A stretch of 64,000 bases of DNA, from contig OZ024760.1 of assembly GCA_964016885.1 (NCBI GenBank), forward strand, positions 29,636,001 to 29,700,000, given 5' to 3'. Made by a program: the position numbers and the translations under genes. The DNA comes from Eledone cirrhosa (lineage: Eukaryota). The first letter of the stretch is position 1; every line of letters begins with the position of its first letter. Below, piece by piece: positions 11,539 through 20,162 of this stretch. The notes under the pieces are model-generated. The model had not been told where the DNA came from. It was given only the letters and a program-made list of their open reading frames with translations, and did no database searches.

Positions 11539-11588
<50 letters not shown>

Positions 11589-11589
11589 C

Positions 11590-11769
11590 AACAAAGGTAA
11601 AACTTGAACCGTTAAGGTCTCGTTCCTGGATATGTCAATATTTATAAAACAAACTTTGTATTTTATCTTTATCTGATGAGAGCATACCAAAGTTTTGGTA
11701 CCCTTGAAATATATATAATAGAATAAATATGGTTTTATAAATATAGTTTCCGTTTATTAATATCATTGA
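11590..11769 (+). mobile_element. Solo PLE pseudo-LTR 3' end with hammerhead motif (11665-11725)
   Basis: CTGATGA 11673-11679, GAAA-TATATA-TA-ATAGAATA; same 3' terminus (..TATCATTG) running into (AT)n. Confidence 0.8.
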
Positions 11770-12218
11770 TATATATATATAATATATGTAGAAATAAACA
11801 CAGGGTGTCCTCGGCCCTAGGGCTACCTCCCTACTCACCACCATAGGTGCTGAGGTGGCCAGCCGAAGGTCAGCTCTTCCAGCGCGTCTCACTTGCCGTC
11901 CTCCGGGGAAACGCCTCTATTTTGTCCGCCGAGGCTGAGGGGAGACAAGCCGATTATATTACGAATTCTGTTGGATAGCCTTATATATACCACAAACAGT
12001 AAATTGTGTGTTTAAAATTACAAGGGCTGAAAGACCACATTGGTGTGACAAATATATACTATGTAAGAAACGGAAAATACAAGATAAAAGGTACTATCAG
12101 TTTCAATAACTATTAATCTCCTGGACAGATTAGAGATTTAACCTGTTTCGCCCTGAAAGGTGTTTGTAACACAATATATATATATACTACGTTTTTTGAA
12201 ATATCTATTTCTGCGTTT

Positions 12219-12294
12219 ACAGATTGACTTTGTTAGTTTCAGAAGATCCCGTTAAGGGTGAAAGCAGCGATTCTTTGCTTAAACTTTAATCTGT
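12219..12294 (+). ncRNA. Type I hammerhead motif, family B (core CAGAAGA, U4A change)
   Basis: Stem I AGTTT/AAACT extended by ACAGATTGA/TTAATCTGT across an internal loop, stem II CCC/GGG, GAAA, stem III AGCAG/TTGCT, CUU triplet; followed by (AT)n. Confidence 0.65.
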
Positions 12295-12296
12295 TA

Positions 12297-12380
<84 letters not shown>

Positions 12381-12386
12381 CACATA

Positions 12387-12751
12387 CATATTGTTCCCCC
12401 GGTATTAACGGAGGTTATGTTCTTGGAGCACCCGCGAAGAGTAAACAACCGCGAATATTTAAAGTGGTCGATAAAAATGCCTATAAACGTCAAAATATAA
12501 CTTTAAATATATTTTTTTAAAAGAGGGCGTCTCGTGCGAGGAGGCGTCCAATAGGCCAGAAAATACGGTATATTGTTATTAATAATTTAGTGTTTAAAAA
12601 AATATATATTGCCACAAAAAAGCCATTAAAAAATCGTGGAAGATATTTACGATCTCGCGAATATGCAGTGGTTTCCACGAACAATTATTAGTTAGGTCCT
12701 AAGGAAAATACTGCGAATAACTGGGGCTGCAAAAGCTGGGGGTACGCTGTA
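12387..12751. mobile_element. Degenerate Tc1/mariner-pogo-like MITE remnants (possibly nested)
   Basis: Right end GGGGGTACGCTG-TA, left end TA-CATATTGTTCCCCCG, repeated CGCGAATA, internal pogo-like end AAAATACGG-TA at ~12570. Confidence 0.45.
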
Positions 12752-12756
12752 TATAT

Positions 12757-12856
12757 CACTGTCACCATCCACCACCACCACCACCACCACCATCACTGAC
12801 ACCATCCACCACCACCACCATCACTGACACTATCCACCACCACCACCATCACCACC
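12757..12856. repeat. (CAC)n-based short tandem repeat
   Basis: Three ATCACTGACACCATC(CAC)n-like units. Confidence 0.85.
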
Positions 12857-12876
12857 TTAAAAACAACTATAATAAT

Positions 12877-13001
12877 TGTTTCTACTTTTGGCACAAGGCC
12901 AGCAATTACCCAGTGTATTACTGGTACTTTATTTTATCGACCCCGTAAGGATGAAAGGCAAAGTTAACCTCAGTGGGATTTGAACTCAGATCGTAAAGGG
13001 A
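12877..13001 (-). mobile_element. SINE family 1, 5'-truncated
   Basis: Matches 3441-3560 and 56505-56630. Confidence 0.9.
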
Positions 13002-13389
13002 AGCCTTGGGGGGGGGGGGGGGGGCGAGAGTGGAGAGCCGTTACTCTTTGCTGTAAAGCAAACAATTATTATTATTATTATATAAAAATTGAACTGGACT
13101 GGAAAAGTCAACAGTTGACATGATTTTGATTTTGTATCAGTACTGGCGGTAATATTTATATATATATGTGTTTGTGTTTGTGTGTGTGTTTGTGTGTGAG
13201 TGGCGTGTGTGTTTGTAGTTTGTATGCATGAGTGTGGGTGTGTGAGTGAGTGTGTGCACCGTGAGTGTCAATAAGTGGGTTTTTTTTTTACCATGCTGTA
13301 AAATGGAGGGGTAGAGAGGGCTCGTATGCAGTAGATATACAGGGAAATTAGACAGTATAAGTTGCATTGATACACATTTTTCAAATGCA

Positions 13390-14041
13390 GGCGGGTGCTA
13401 TAGAAGTGGTGGATAGCTTCTGGTACCTAGGAGATCAGATTAGCATGGGAGGAGGTGTTCCGAGGCCATAGTATCTAGAATAAGTATGGGTTGGAAGAAG
13501 TTTAGGGAGCTACTTCCTCTGCTGACAAAGAAGGGTTTCTCCCTGCATACGAAGGTCGGTTATATGATGCCTGTGTGAGGAGCGTGATGCTGCATGATAG
13601 TGAGACATGGGCAGCAACTGCAGAGGATGTGCGATGGCTGGAGAGAAATGAGGCAAGCATGCTCTGTTGGATGTGCAGTGTCAATGTGCGTGAACGACCC
13701 AGCATGAATGTTTTCAGAGAGAAACTGTGAGAGGGATAGAATGTAGTGTGCGAGAGAGGAGACTGCGGTGGTATGGACATGTGATGTGCATGGCGGATGA
13801 CCGATGGGTGAAGAAGTACCAGGAAATGCCAGTTGAAGGAAGACGTGGTAGAGGTAGACCACAAAAAACATGGGCGGAGGTGGTGAGAGCAGACCTCAGA
13901 TTGCTGAAGCTCACAGAGGAGATGACGAAGGGTCGTGACAAGTGGAGAGATGCTGTGCTGAATAAGACCCGTCCCACCCTTGCAAGCAGGGAAAAGCGGA
14001 CGTAAAATGATGATGATGATGATGATGATGATGACGATGAT
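13390..14041 (+). mobile_element. RTE-clade LINE 3' fragment with (GAT)n tail
   Basis: Translation EVVDSFWYLG..GWKKFREL..YDACVRSVMLHDSETW..RRLRWYGHV..GRRGRGRPQKTW..RDKWR, stop 14003-14005, then TGA repeats. Confidence 0.88.
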
Positions 14042-14189
14042 ATAATTACATAATAAATAACACAATATCATGGAATAATTATATTGTGTTGCTTATTATG
14101 TAATTAAATAGCTCTGTACTATACATAGAGCATTCTTCTTTCCTTTACCTTTTCTAAGGAAATACATAACATATTTGGGAGAAGATCTG

Positions 14190-14640
14190 GCTTTGACGTA
14201 GTCAACAAACAAGTTGGCATAGTTTGGACCCATTCTGGTTCTCATCGCTACCCCAGAGACCTGCTGATAAAATTCACCCGAAAAAGAAAAGCCATTGAGG
14301 GTGAGAACAAGCTCAGCCAGACGGAGAAGAGTGGTAGTGTTGGGGTAAGGGTAGGGCATAAATCTAAAAAATGTTGGAGAGTGTGGAGACCGTCATCATG
14401 AGGGATGACGGTATAGAGAAGTGATGTCCAGGGCAAAGAGAAGGCAGGAGGGAAGGAGAAGGAGTTGAAGAGTCTAAGGGCATGATTAGTGTTGAGGATG
14501 TGGGAGGGGAGATTGCCGACCAACGGGGCACGGATGGTGTCTAAATATTCAGAAATTATCTCGGTGGGGCAGTTGCATGCAGAAACGATAGGACGGCCAG
14601 GATTATTTTGTTTGTGTATTTTGGGGAGGAAGTATGTACT
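14190..14640 (-). mobile_element. Internal RT fragment of a second, different PLE (Neptune/Poseidon-like)
   Basis: YFLPKIHK..PGRPIVS..SLYTVIPH..LVLTLNGFSF..YQQVSGVAM.TRMGPNYANLFV, frameshifted. Confidence 0.85.
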
Positions 14641-15345
14641 GGCCAAACATTCGCTGGAGGCTGGCTTACACATCAACATCTCAAAAACAAAATGTATGAC
14701 AACTGATAAAAACAATGCCAATCTCCAACTCACTATCTCTAACCAGCAAATTGCTGAAGTTACAGAGTTTGTATATCTCAGTCACAAACTATCACCAGAT
14801 AACAATGGAATGGTTGCTGCCCAGTATCGAATTGCTGTAGGCTGTACTAGGAGGTACTAACATCAAAACGAGTTTCCTATCATTTGAAGGCTAAGATCTT
14901 TGATACTTACATCCTACCAGTTGTGTTATACGGTCCTGACTGTGTTAATTGGACAACAAGGTCACTTGAGAAGCTCTCTACATTCCAGAACCACATCATG
15001 AGACTTATGACAGGCAAGCGGCTCAGCGACCGTATCTGTATCAGTGAGCTGCTCAACATTACCAGACTTAAACTAATTACATCAATTGTCAAGTCAAGAG
15101 TATTCAAACTATACGGCCATATAAAAAGATCAACTCGTGTTGTGAGTAGGTTATGCCTAGAAGGAAGGTTGGCTGGTAAGAGAAGCAGAGGCCGGCAGCC
15201 AAAACGATGGCTTGACAAAGTCAACTTATGGACTGCACTTGATCTTTGTTCTTTAAACTCTGCTGGAGGTGATCGAACTTTGTGGAGAGCGATATCACAT
15301 GTTGATGCGCAGACTGCAACTGGCAGAGTTTAGTGTCACAAGATT
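14641..15345 (+). mobile_element. RTE/RTE-X-like LINE 3' fragment (different family from 13390-14041)
   Basis: GLHINISKTK..EFVYL..ILPVVLYG..YGHIKR..GKRSRGRQPKRW..DRTLWR. Confidence 0.85.
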
Positions 15346-15416
15346 ATTTGATGGTATTGTCACTTATATGTCTGAATTATTGTTGGCTTGTTGCTTACAT
15401 TAATTTCTCTATTTTC

Positions 15417-15488
<72 letters not shown>

Positions 15489-15493
<5 letters not shown>

Positions 15494-15810
15494 GATATCC
15501 ACGGTAAGTTGTGGGGTCTAGTCTGCATGAAGATCTCAATGTAATCCATATGTTGAAAATGTTGTAGGTTAAAATAAATCCCGGAAAACAATAAAACATT
15601 AAAAGGAAAACAGTCATGATATAAGTTAAAACAATGAAATAAAAAATCAAGTCATTAGAGATATACTTCACTGCTTTACGATCGTTTCTAGGTGATGATA
15701 ATACATTGTAACTATACTTTGTTATCGATCTATGTAAGGTTAGTTACAAAATATCAGATAAAGAGAATATTTACTTACATGCATATCACCCGCTGTTGTC
15801 AAAAGCAATA
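15489..15810 (-). mobile_element. Hammerhead-bearing pseudo-LTR-like repeat, family C (left copy, may extend to ~16200)
   Basis: 15614-15803 is the reverse complement of 16707-16894; ends in (AT)n at 15420-15488. Confidence 0.65.
15670..15809 (-). ncRNA. Candidate type I hammerhead with U3-A8 core variant and long stem II
   Basis: ATTGCTT-TTGACAA-[~107-nt stem II with GGTGAT/ATCACC and GTAACTA/TAGTTAC]-GAAA-CGATCG-TA-AAGCAGT. Confidence 0.6.
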
Positions 15811-16212
15811 ATAATTTTATTCAAAATTAGTAGTAAATTAGTATTATGTTTAGTTCTATGACCTTATTTGGAGGTAGCTGAAGAACTAACCAATCAGATT
15901 GTGTTTTCCATGATGTTAAGATGAAAAATAATTCACTTTAGTTGAGGTCATGACACTTTGAAAGGAATGGTTGAATGGTGTTAATAATAGAATTGCCATA
16001 AAAAATCTATTAGGAAGAGAGGGATTGTCAAATTGATAGTTGAATGTATCTGGTATAGTGAAGTTTAAAAGGAATGTAAAAATTAAATGTTGAGTTGTGT
16101 TGTATGGAGTTTTTAGTTGAATATAAATTAAAGTCATAGGAAAGATAGTATATTAAAAGATGAAAATTATAATAAGATAATGAAATACAGTAATACAATA
16201 ATATAATATAAT

Positions 16213-16399
16213 TATTTCTACGTTTGGCACAAGGCCAGGAATTACCCACTGCATTACTGGTACTTTATTTTATCGACCCTGTAAGGATTAAAGGCAAAGT
16301 TAACCTCGGCGGAATTTGAACTCAGAATGGCAAGGACCGTGACTCTATACGTCAAAGCATGGCGTCGGACCCTCTACCAATACTGCCAATCCACCGCCC
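16213..16399 (-). mobile_element. SINE family 1, full length
   Basis: Matches 3441-3628 end to end. Confidence 0.9.
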
Positions 16400-16706
16400 T
16401 CTATAATAATATAATATAATGTAACACAATATAGTACGGTGTGGTAAATTGCACTTAGTATAATACAGCGTATGATATGCCTTAAAATACTTTCAAGTAT
16501 GTCTATGTATAAATAAGCAAATACATGTTGACATAGTCAAAACGCATAAATTTCATAGATCACAAAGTGCATATACCCACATTATAGATAGAGGTATAGT
16601 TATATTGATACTCAATTAAAAATATACATATGCATAAATAGATGCAAACATATACATACATCTATACATGTGCACACAATCATATACACATATATTTATA
16701 TATATA

Positions 16707-16894
16707 TTTGACAACAGCTGGTGATATGCATGTAAGTAAATATTCTCTTTATCTGATATTTTGTAACTAACCTTACATAGATCGATAACGAAGTATAGTT
16801 ACGATGAATTATCATCACCTAGAAACGATCGTAAAGCAGTGAAGTATATTTCTAATGACTTGATTTTTTATTTCATTGTTTTAACTTATATCAT
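16707..16894 (+). repeat. Inverted copy of the family C repeat, 5'-truncated at the ribozyme core
   Basis: TTGACAA 16708-16714 ... GAAACGATCGTAAAGCAGT to 16840; preceded by (TA)n. Confidence 0.8.
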
Positions 16895-17232
16895 CATTTC
16901 ATCATTTCATTTTACGTCCGCTTTTCCCTGCTTGCAAGGGTGGGACGGGAACTGATTCTGGCTTGATTTCTACAGCTGGATGCCCTTCCTAACACCAACC
17001 TCATTTACAGTGAGTGCTGGGTGCTTTTTTGCCGTGGCACCTCCACGACCACTTTGCAGTGGAATGATAGGGACCCCACTCCCTATCATCTCATTTCTAC
17101 AGCTGAGTAAACTGTAGCAATGTGAAATAAAGTGTATTGCTCAAGGAAACAACACATCACCCGGTCTGAGAATTGAACTCACAACCTTTTGATTGCAAGG
17201 CCAATGCTCTAACCACTAAGCCATGTGCCTCC
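16895..17232 (-). mobile_element. SINE family 2: tRNA head, CORE-like domain, second conserved block, RTE-derived tail
   Basis: Head TGGCTTAGTGGTTAGAGC..GAGTTCAATTC; CORE-like CCTTGAGCAATACACTTTA..CAGCTGTAGAAATG; GGTTGGTGTTAGGAAGGGCATCCAGC; last 43 bp identical to 13968-14010. Confidence 0.85.
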
Positions 17233-17269
17233 ATATATATATATATTTATATATATATATATATATATT

Positions 17270-17317
<48 letters not shown>

Positions 17318-17335
17318 CGAAAGAAGACTACTGTG

Positions 17336-17355
17336 TTTATTAAACTATCTTTATT
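17336..17355 (-). promoter_or_regulatory. Two AATAAA polyadenylation signals of the minus-strand gene
   Basis: TTTATT on + at 17336-17341 and 17350-17355, ~140 nt after the putative stop. Confidence 0.5.
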
Positions 17356-17487
17356 CTTAATTTTGCTCTTCCTGTTTTTTTTTTCTTTTTCTTCCTTTTA
17401 ACTTCAGTTTTCCTGTTTCCAGTGAAACTCTACACTTTAATCAGTGGAGTACAACATTGGTGGTGGGGGGGGAGGTGACCATTCACT

Positions 17488-17543
17488 TCAAGATCCTCTT
17501 GGCCGTCTTGGACACACGGGGCGGCATGGTGTTATTGGACGGC
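17488..17543 (-). CDS. Putative terminal coding exon (acceptor uncertain)
   Basis: A strong polypyrimidine tract ends in CTG rather than CAG; phase 1 gives GRPITPCRPVCPRRPRGS*; unique sequence followed by polyA signals. Confidence 0.35.
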
Positions 17544-17617
17544 CAGGGAGAAAGAAGAAATAGAAACAACACAATTAAAACAAAAACAAAACAAAAAACA
17601 TCCAAAACAAAATACCT

Positions 17618-18216
17618 GGGGTGGGTGGGGAGAAGTGGGGGTAGTGGGTGGTGGTGGTGGTGGGGAGAAGTCGGGGGTGGTGGGTGGTGGTGGTGGTGGT
17701 GGTGGTGGTGGTGGGGAGAAGTCGGGGGTAGTGGGTGGTGGTGGTAGAAGTTGGGGGTAGTGGGTGGTGGTGGTGGTGGTGGTGGGGAAAAGTTGTTGGT
17801 GGTGGTGGTGGGTAGAAGTTGGGGGTAGTGGGTGGTGGTGGTGGTGGTGGTGGGTAGAAGTTGGGGGTAGTGGGTGGTGGTGGGGAGAAGTTGTTGGTGG
17901 TGGTGGTGGAGAGAAGTTGAGGGTAGTGGGTGGTGGTGGTGGGGGTGGGGTAGAAGTTGGGGGTAGTGGGTGGTGGTGGTGGTGGGGAGAAGTTGGGAGA
18001 AGTTGGGAGTAGTGGGTGGTGGTGGAGAGAAGTCGGGGGTAGTGGGTGGTGGTGGTGGGAGTGGGGGTAGAAGTTGGGGGTAGTGGGTGGTGGTGGTGGT
18101 GGTAGTGGTGGTGGTAGTGGTGGTGGGGAGAAGTTGGGGGTAGTGGGTGGTGGTGGAGAGAAGTTGGGGGTAGTGTGTGGTGGTGGTGGGGAGAAGTTGG
18201 GGTAGTGGGTGGTGGG
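17618..18216. repeat. G-rich minisatellite AGAAGTTGGGGGTAGTGG(GTG)n
   Basis: About 20 variable-length units visible. Confidence 0.92.
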
Positions 18217-18428
18217 GATACGTTGGACGTAACATGGGGGGGGGGGGGTGACATCATGTAAGAGGAAGGGCAAGTCAAATAGATAAACATGAAGGGTGGA
18301 CTGATAGAGGGAGGGGGGAGAGATGGGGAGAGGGAGAGAGAGAAGAGATTGAGAAGGAGGAGGGAGAGAGGGAGAGAGGGAGAGGAGAGGGAGAGAGAGG
18401 AGAGGGATATAGGTGGTCAGAGAAATAG

Positions 18429-18902
18429 CAATGATGATGGTGATGATGATGATGATGATGATAACAATAATGACGGTAATGCTGATGATGATGATGGTGA
18501 TAATGATGTTGATGAGAATGATGGTAATGGTGATAGTGGTGGTAATGGTGATGGTGGTGGTGGTGGTGATAATGGTGATAGTGGTGGTGGTGGTGGTGAT
18601 AGTGATGATGATGATGATGGTGATGGTGGTGGTGGTGGTGCTGATGATGGTGATAGTGGTGGTAATGGTGATGGTGGTGGTGGTGGTGATGATGGTGGTG
18701 ATGATATTGATGGTGATGATGGTGATGATGGTGGTGGTGGTGATGATGGTGATGATATTGATTGTGATGGTGGTGATGATGGCAATGATGCTGGTGATGA
18801 TGATGATATTGATTGTGATGGTGGTGGTGGTGGCGGTGGTGTTGGTGATGGTGGTGGTGGTGGTGGTGGTGATGATAATGATTGTGATGGTGGTGATGAT
18901 GG
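18429..18902. repeat. Mixed (GAT)/(GGT) trinucleotide repeat
   Basis: Visible; begins a few nt from the donor at 18909-18910. Confidence 0.92.
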
Positions 18903-18910
18903 CCGTTTAC

Positions 18911-19075
18911 CTGGATTACATTGGCATTTATCAGGAGACTGAGGAGGGAGACACTGCGAGGCAGGTAGGTTGGTTCTGCAGCACTGTGTCATCTCCAGGC
19001 CTGGACAACATGGGGTGTCGGTCTTGGGATTCTTTGAAGTGATTGTACCGATATATTTATTGGGCCTCGACTGAC
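18911..19075 (-). CDS. Internal exon of unknown gene, Cys/Pro-rich (165 bp, phase 1-1)
   Basis: ttatttccag|GTCAG...CCAG|gtaaac; GQSRPNKYIGTITSKNPKTDTPCCPGLEMTQCCRTNLPASQCLPPQSPDKCQCNP, no stop. Confidence 0.75.
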
Positions 19076-19099
19076 CTGGAAATAAGCAGAAAAATAAAG

Positions 19100-19430
19100 A
19101 GTCAGACATGGACATCTGGAGAGTCAGACAGACAGATGGACATCTGGAGAGCCAGACAGACAGATGGACATCTGGGGAGCCAGACAGACAGATGGACATC
19201 TGGAGAGCCAGACAGACAGATGGACATCTGGAGAGCCAGACAGACAGATGGACATCTGGAGAGCCAGACAGACAGATGGAAATCTGGGGAGCCAGACAGA
19301 CAGATTGACATCTGGAGAGTTAGACAGACAGATTGACATTTGGAGAGCCAGACAGACAGATGGACATCTGGGGAGCCAGACAGACAGATGGACATCTGGG
19401 GAGCTAGAGACACAGATTGACATCTGTTCT
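19100..19430. repeat. 28-bp minisatellite GACAGACAGATGGACATCTGGAGAGCCA, ~11-12 copies
   Basis: Direct inspection. Confidence 0.95.
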
Positions 19431-19518
19431 AGCTTGCTGAGCCTCTGAACTGGTGGCCCGATGGACAGACAAACAGATATATACACAGATGGACAGTGTG
19501 ACCAGCAGTTTTAGTTAC

Positions 19519-19716
19519 CTGAAGCAGGTTGAGCTTGGTTCAAAACGATTTGGAGGGGTGAAGTTTCTGGCCGTTTATGTTCCTTGATGTTGATTTCAAA
19601 CTCTGCTGATTTTGCCCAGTCATCCCCCGTTTCATCAGTCTGGACATATACACCACCTTCATCTGATAACACATTCTGTTGCTGGACTCTGGCTTTCTCC
19701 TGGGACTTTGATGAGC
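19519..19716 (-). CDS. Internal exon of unknown gene, repeat module 3 (198 bp, phase 1-1); absent from the ORF track
   Basis: ttaatttcag|GCTCA...TTCAG|gtaact; GSSKSQEKARVQQQNVLSDEGGVYVQTDETGDDWAKSAEFEINIKEHKRPETSPLQIVLNQAQPAS. Confidence 0.82.
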
Positions 19717-19917
19717 CTGAAATTAAAGGTCAAACATGACCACTTCTTTATGGTTGACCACAATGTTGTAAAATAGGAAACAACAGATGATCAAAGAGAT
19801 AAGACAGCCAGACTGGTGGTGAGGTGATCAAAGAGGATGACAGACAGACAGACCAGTGATCAGATGATGAAAGGGTCAAAACAACCAGACAAATAGACAG
19901 ATTAGTGGTTTAATTAC

Positions 19918-20130
19918 CTAGAAAGCTATTCTTTGAGCCGGATTCCTGTTTTGGCAATTTTGCACAACCGTGGGGAGGGAGGTTCAAGTTGATACGGAGT
20001 GGAGCATGTGGAGGCCGCTCATGTTCCTCGATGTTGATCTTATACTGTGTCGGATTCGCCCTAGTAACTGCTGTCTGCTCCGTCTGTACAGCCATGTTTG
20101 AGCTACTCTTCACCTTTAGGAGGGATTCAG
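19918..20130 (-). CDS. Internal exon of unknown gene, repeat module 2 (213 bp, phase 1-1)
   Basis: tttcatttcag|CTGAA...TTCTAG|gtaatt; AESLLKVKSSSNMAVQTEQTAVTRANPTQYKINIEEHERPPHAPLRINLNLPPHGCAKLPKQESGSKNSFL. Confidence 0.82.
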
Positions 20131-20162
20131 CTGAAATGAAATAAAGTCAAGCCTGTAAAGCC

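Larger units (their letters stand above)
1496..11542 (+). mobile_element. Penelope-like retroelement (Naiad-like), near full length, with inverted 5' pseudo-LTR; disrupted by 2 SINEs and a Gypsy element
   Basis: RT and GIY-YIG coding remnants on +; 1584-1990 is the reverse complement of ~11165-11542; hammerhead motifs in both ends; (TA)n on both flanks. Confidence 0.9.

Noticed and set aside
1584-11542. Large DNA transposon with 400-bp TIRs
   Set aside because: No transposase; the repeats are asymmetric, contain hammerheads and flank a PLE ORF, which fits an inverted pseudo-LTR.
11586-11601. 16-bp match ATATCAACAAAGGTAA to Gypsy 5' UTR (8553-8568)
   Set aside because: Short, AT-rich and not extendable; compatible with chance.
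17160-17232. tRNA gene
   Set aside because: A and B boxes are present but it continues into SINE body and lacks a convincing acceptor stem.
17457-19486. Pro/His/Thr-rich, Gly/Asp-rich and 28-mer-derived ORFs
   Set aside because: Translations of simple repeats open in several frames on both strands; only the splice-bounded 18911-19075 part is retained.
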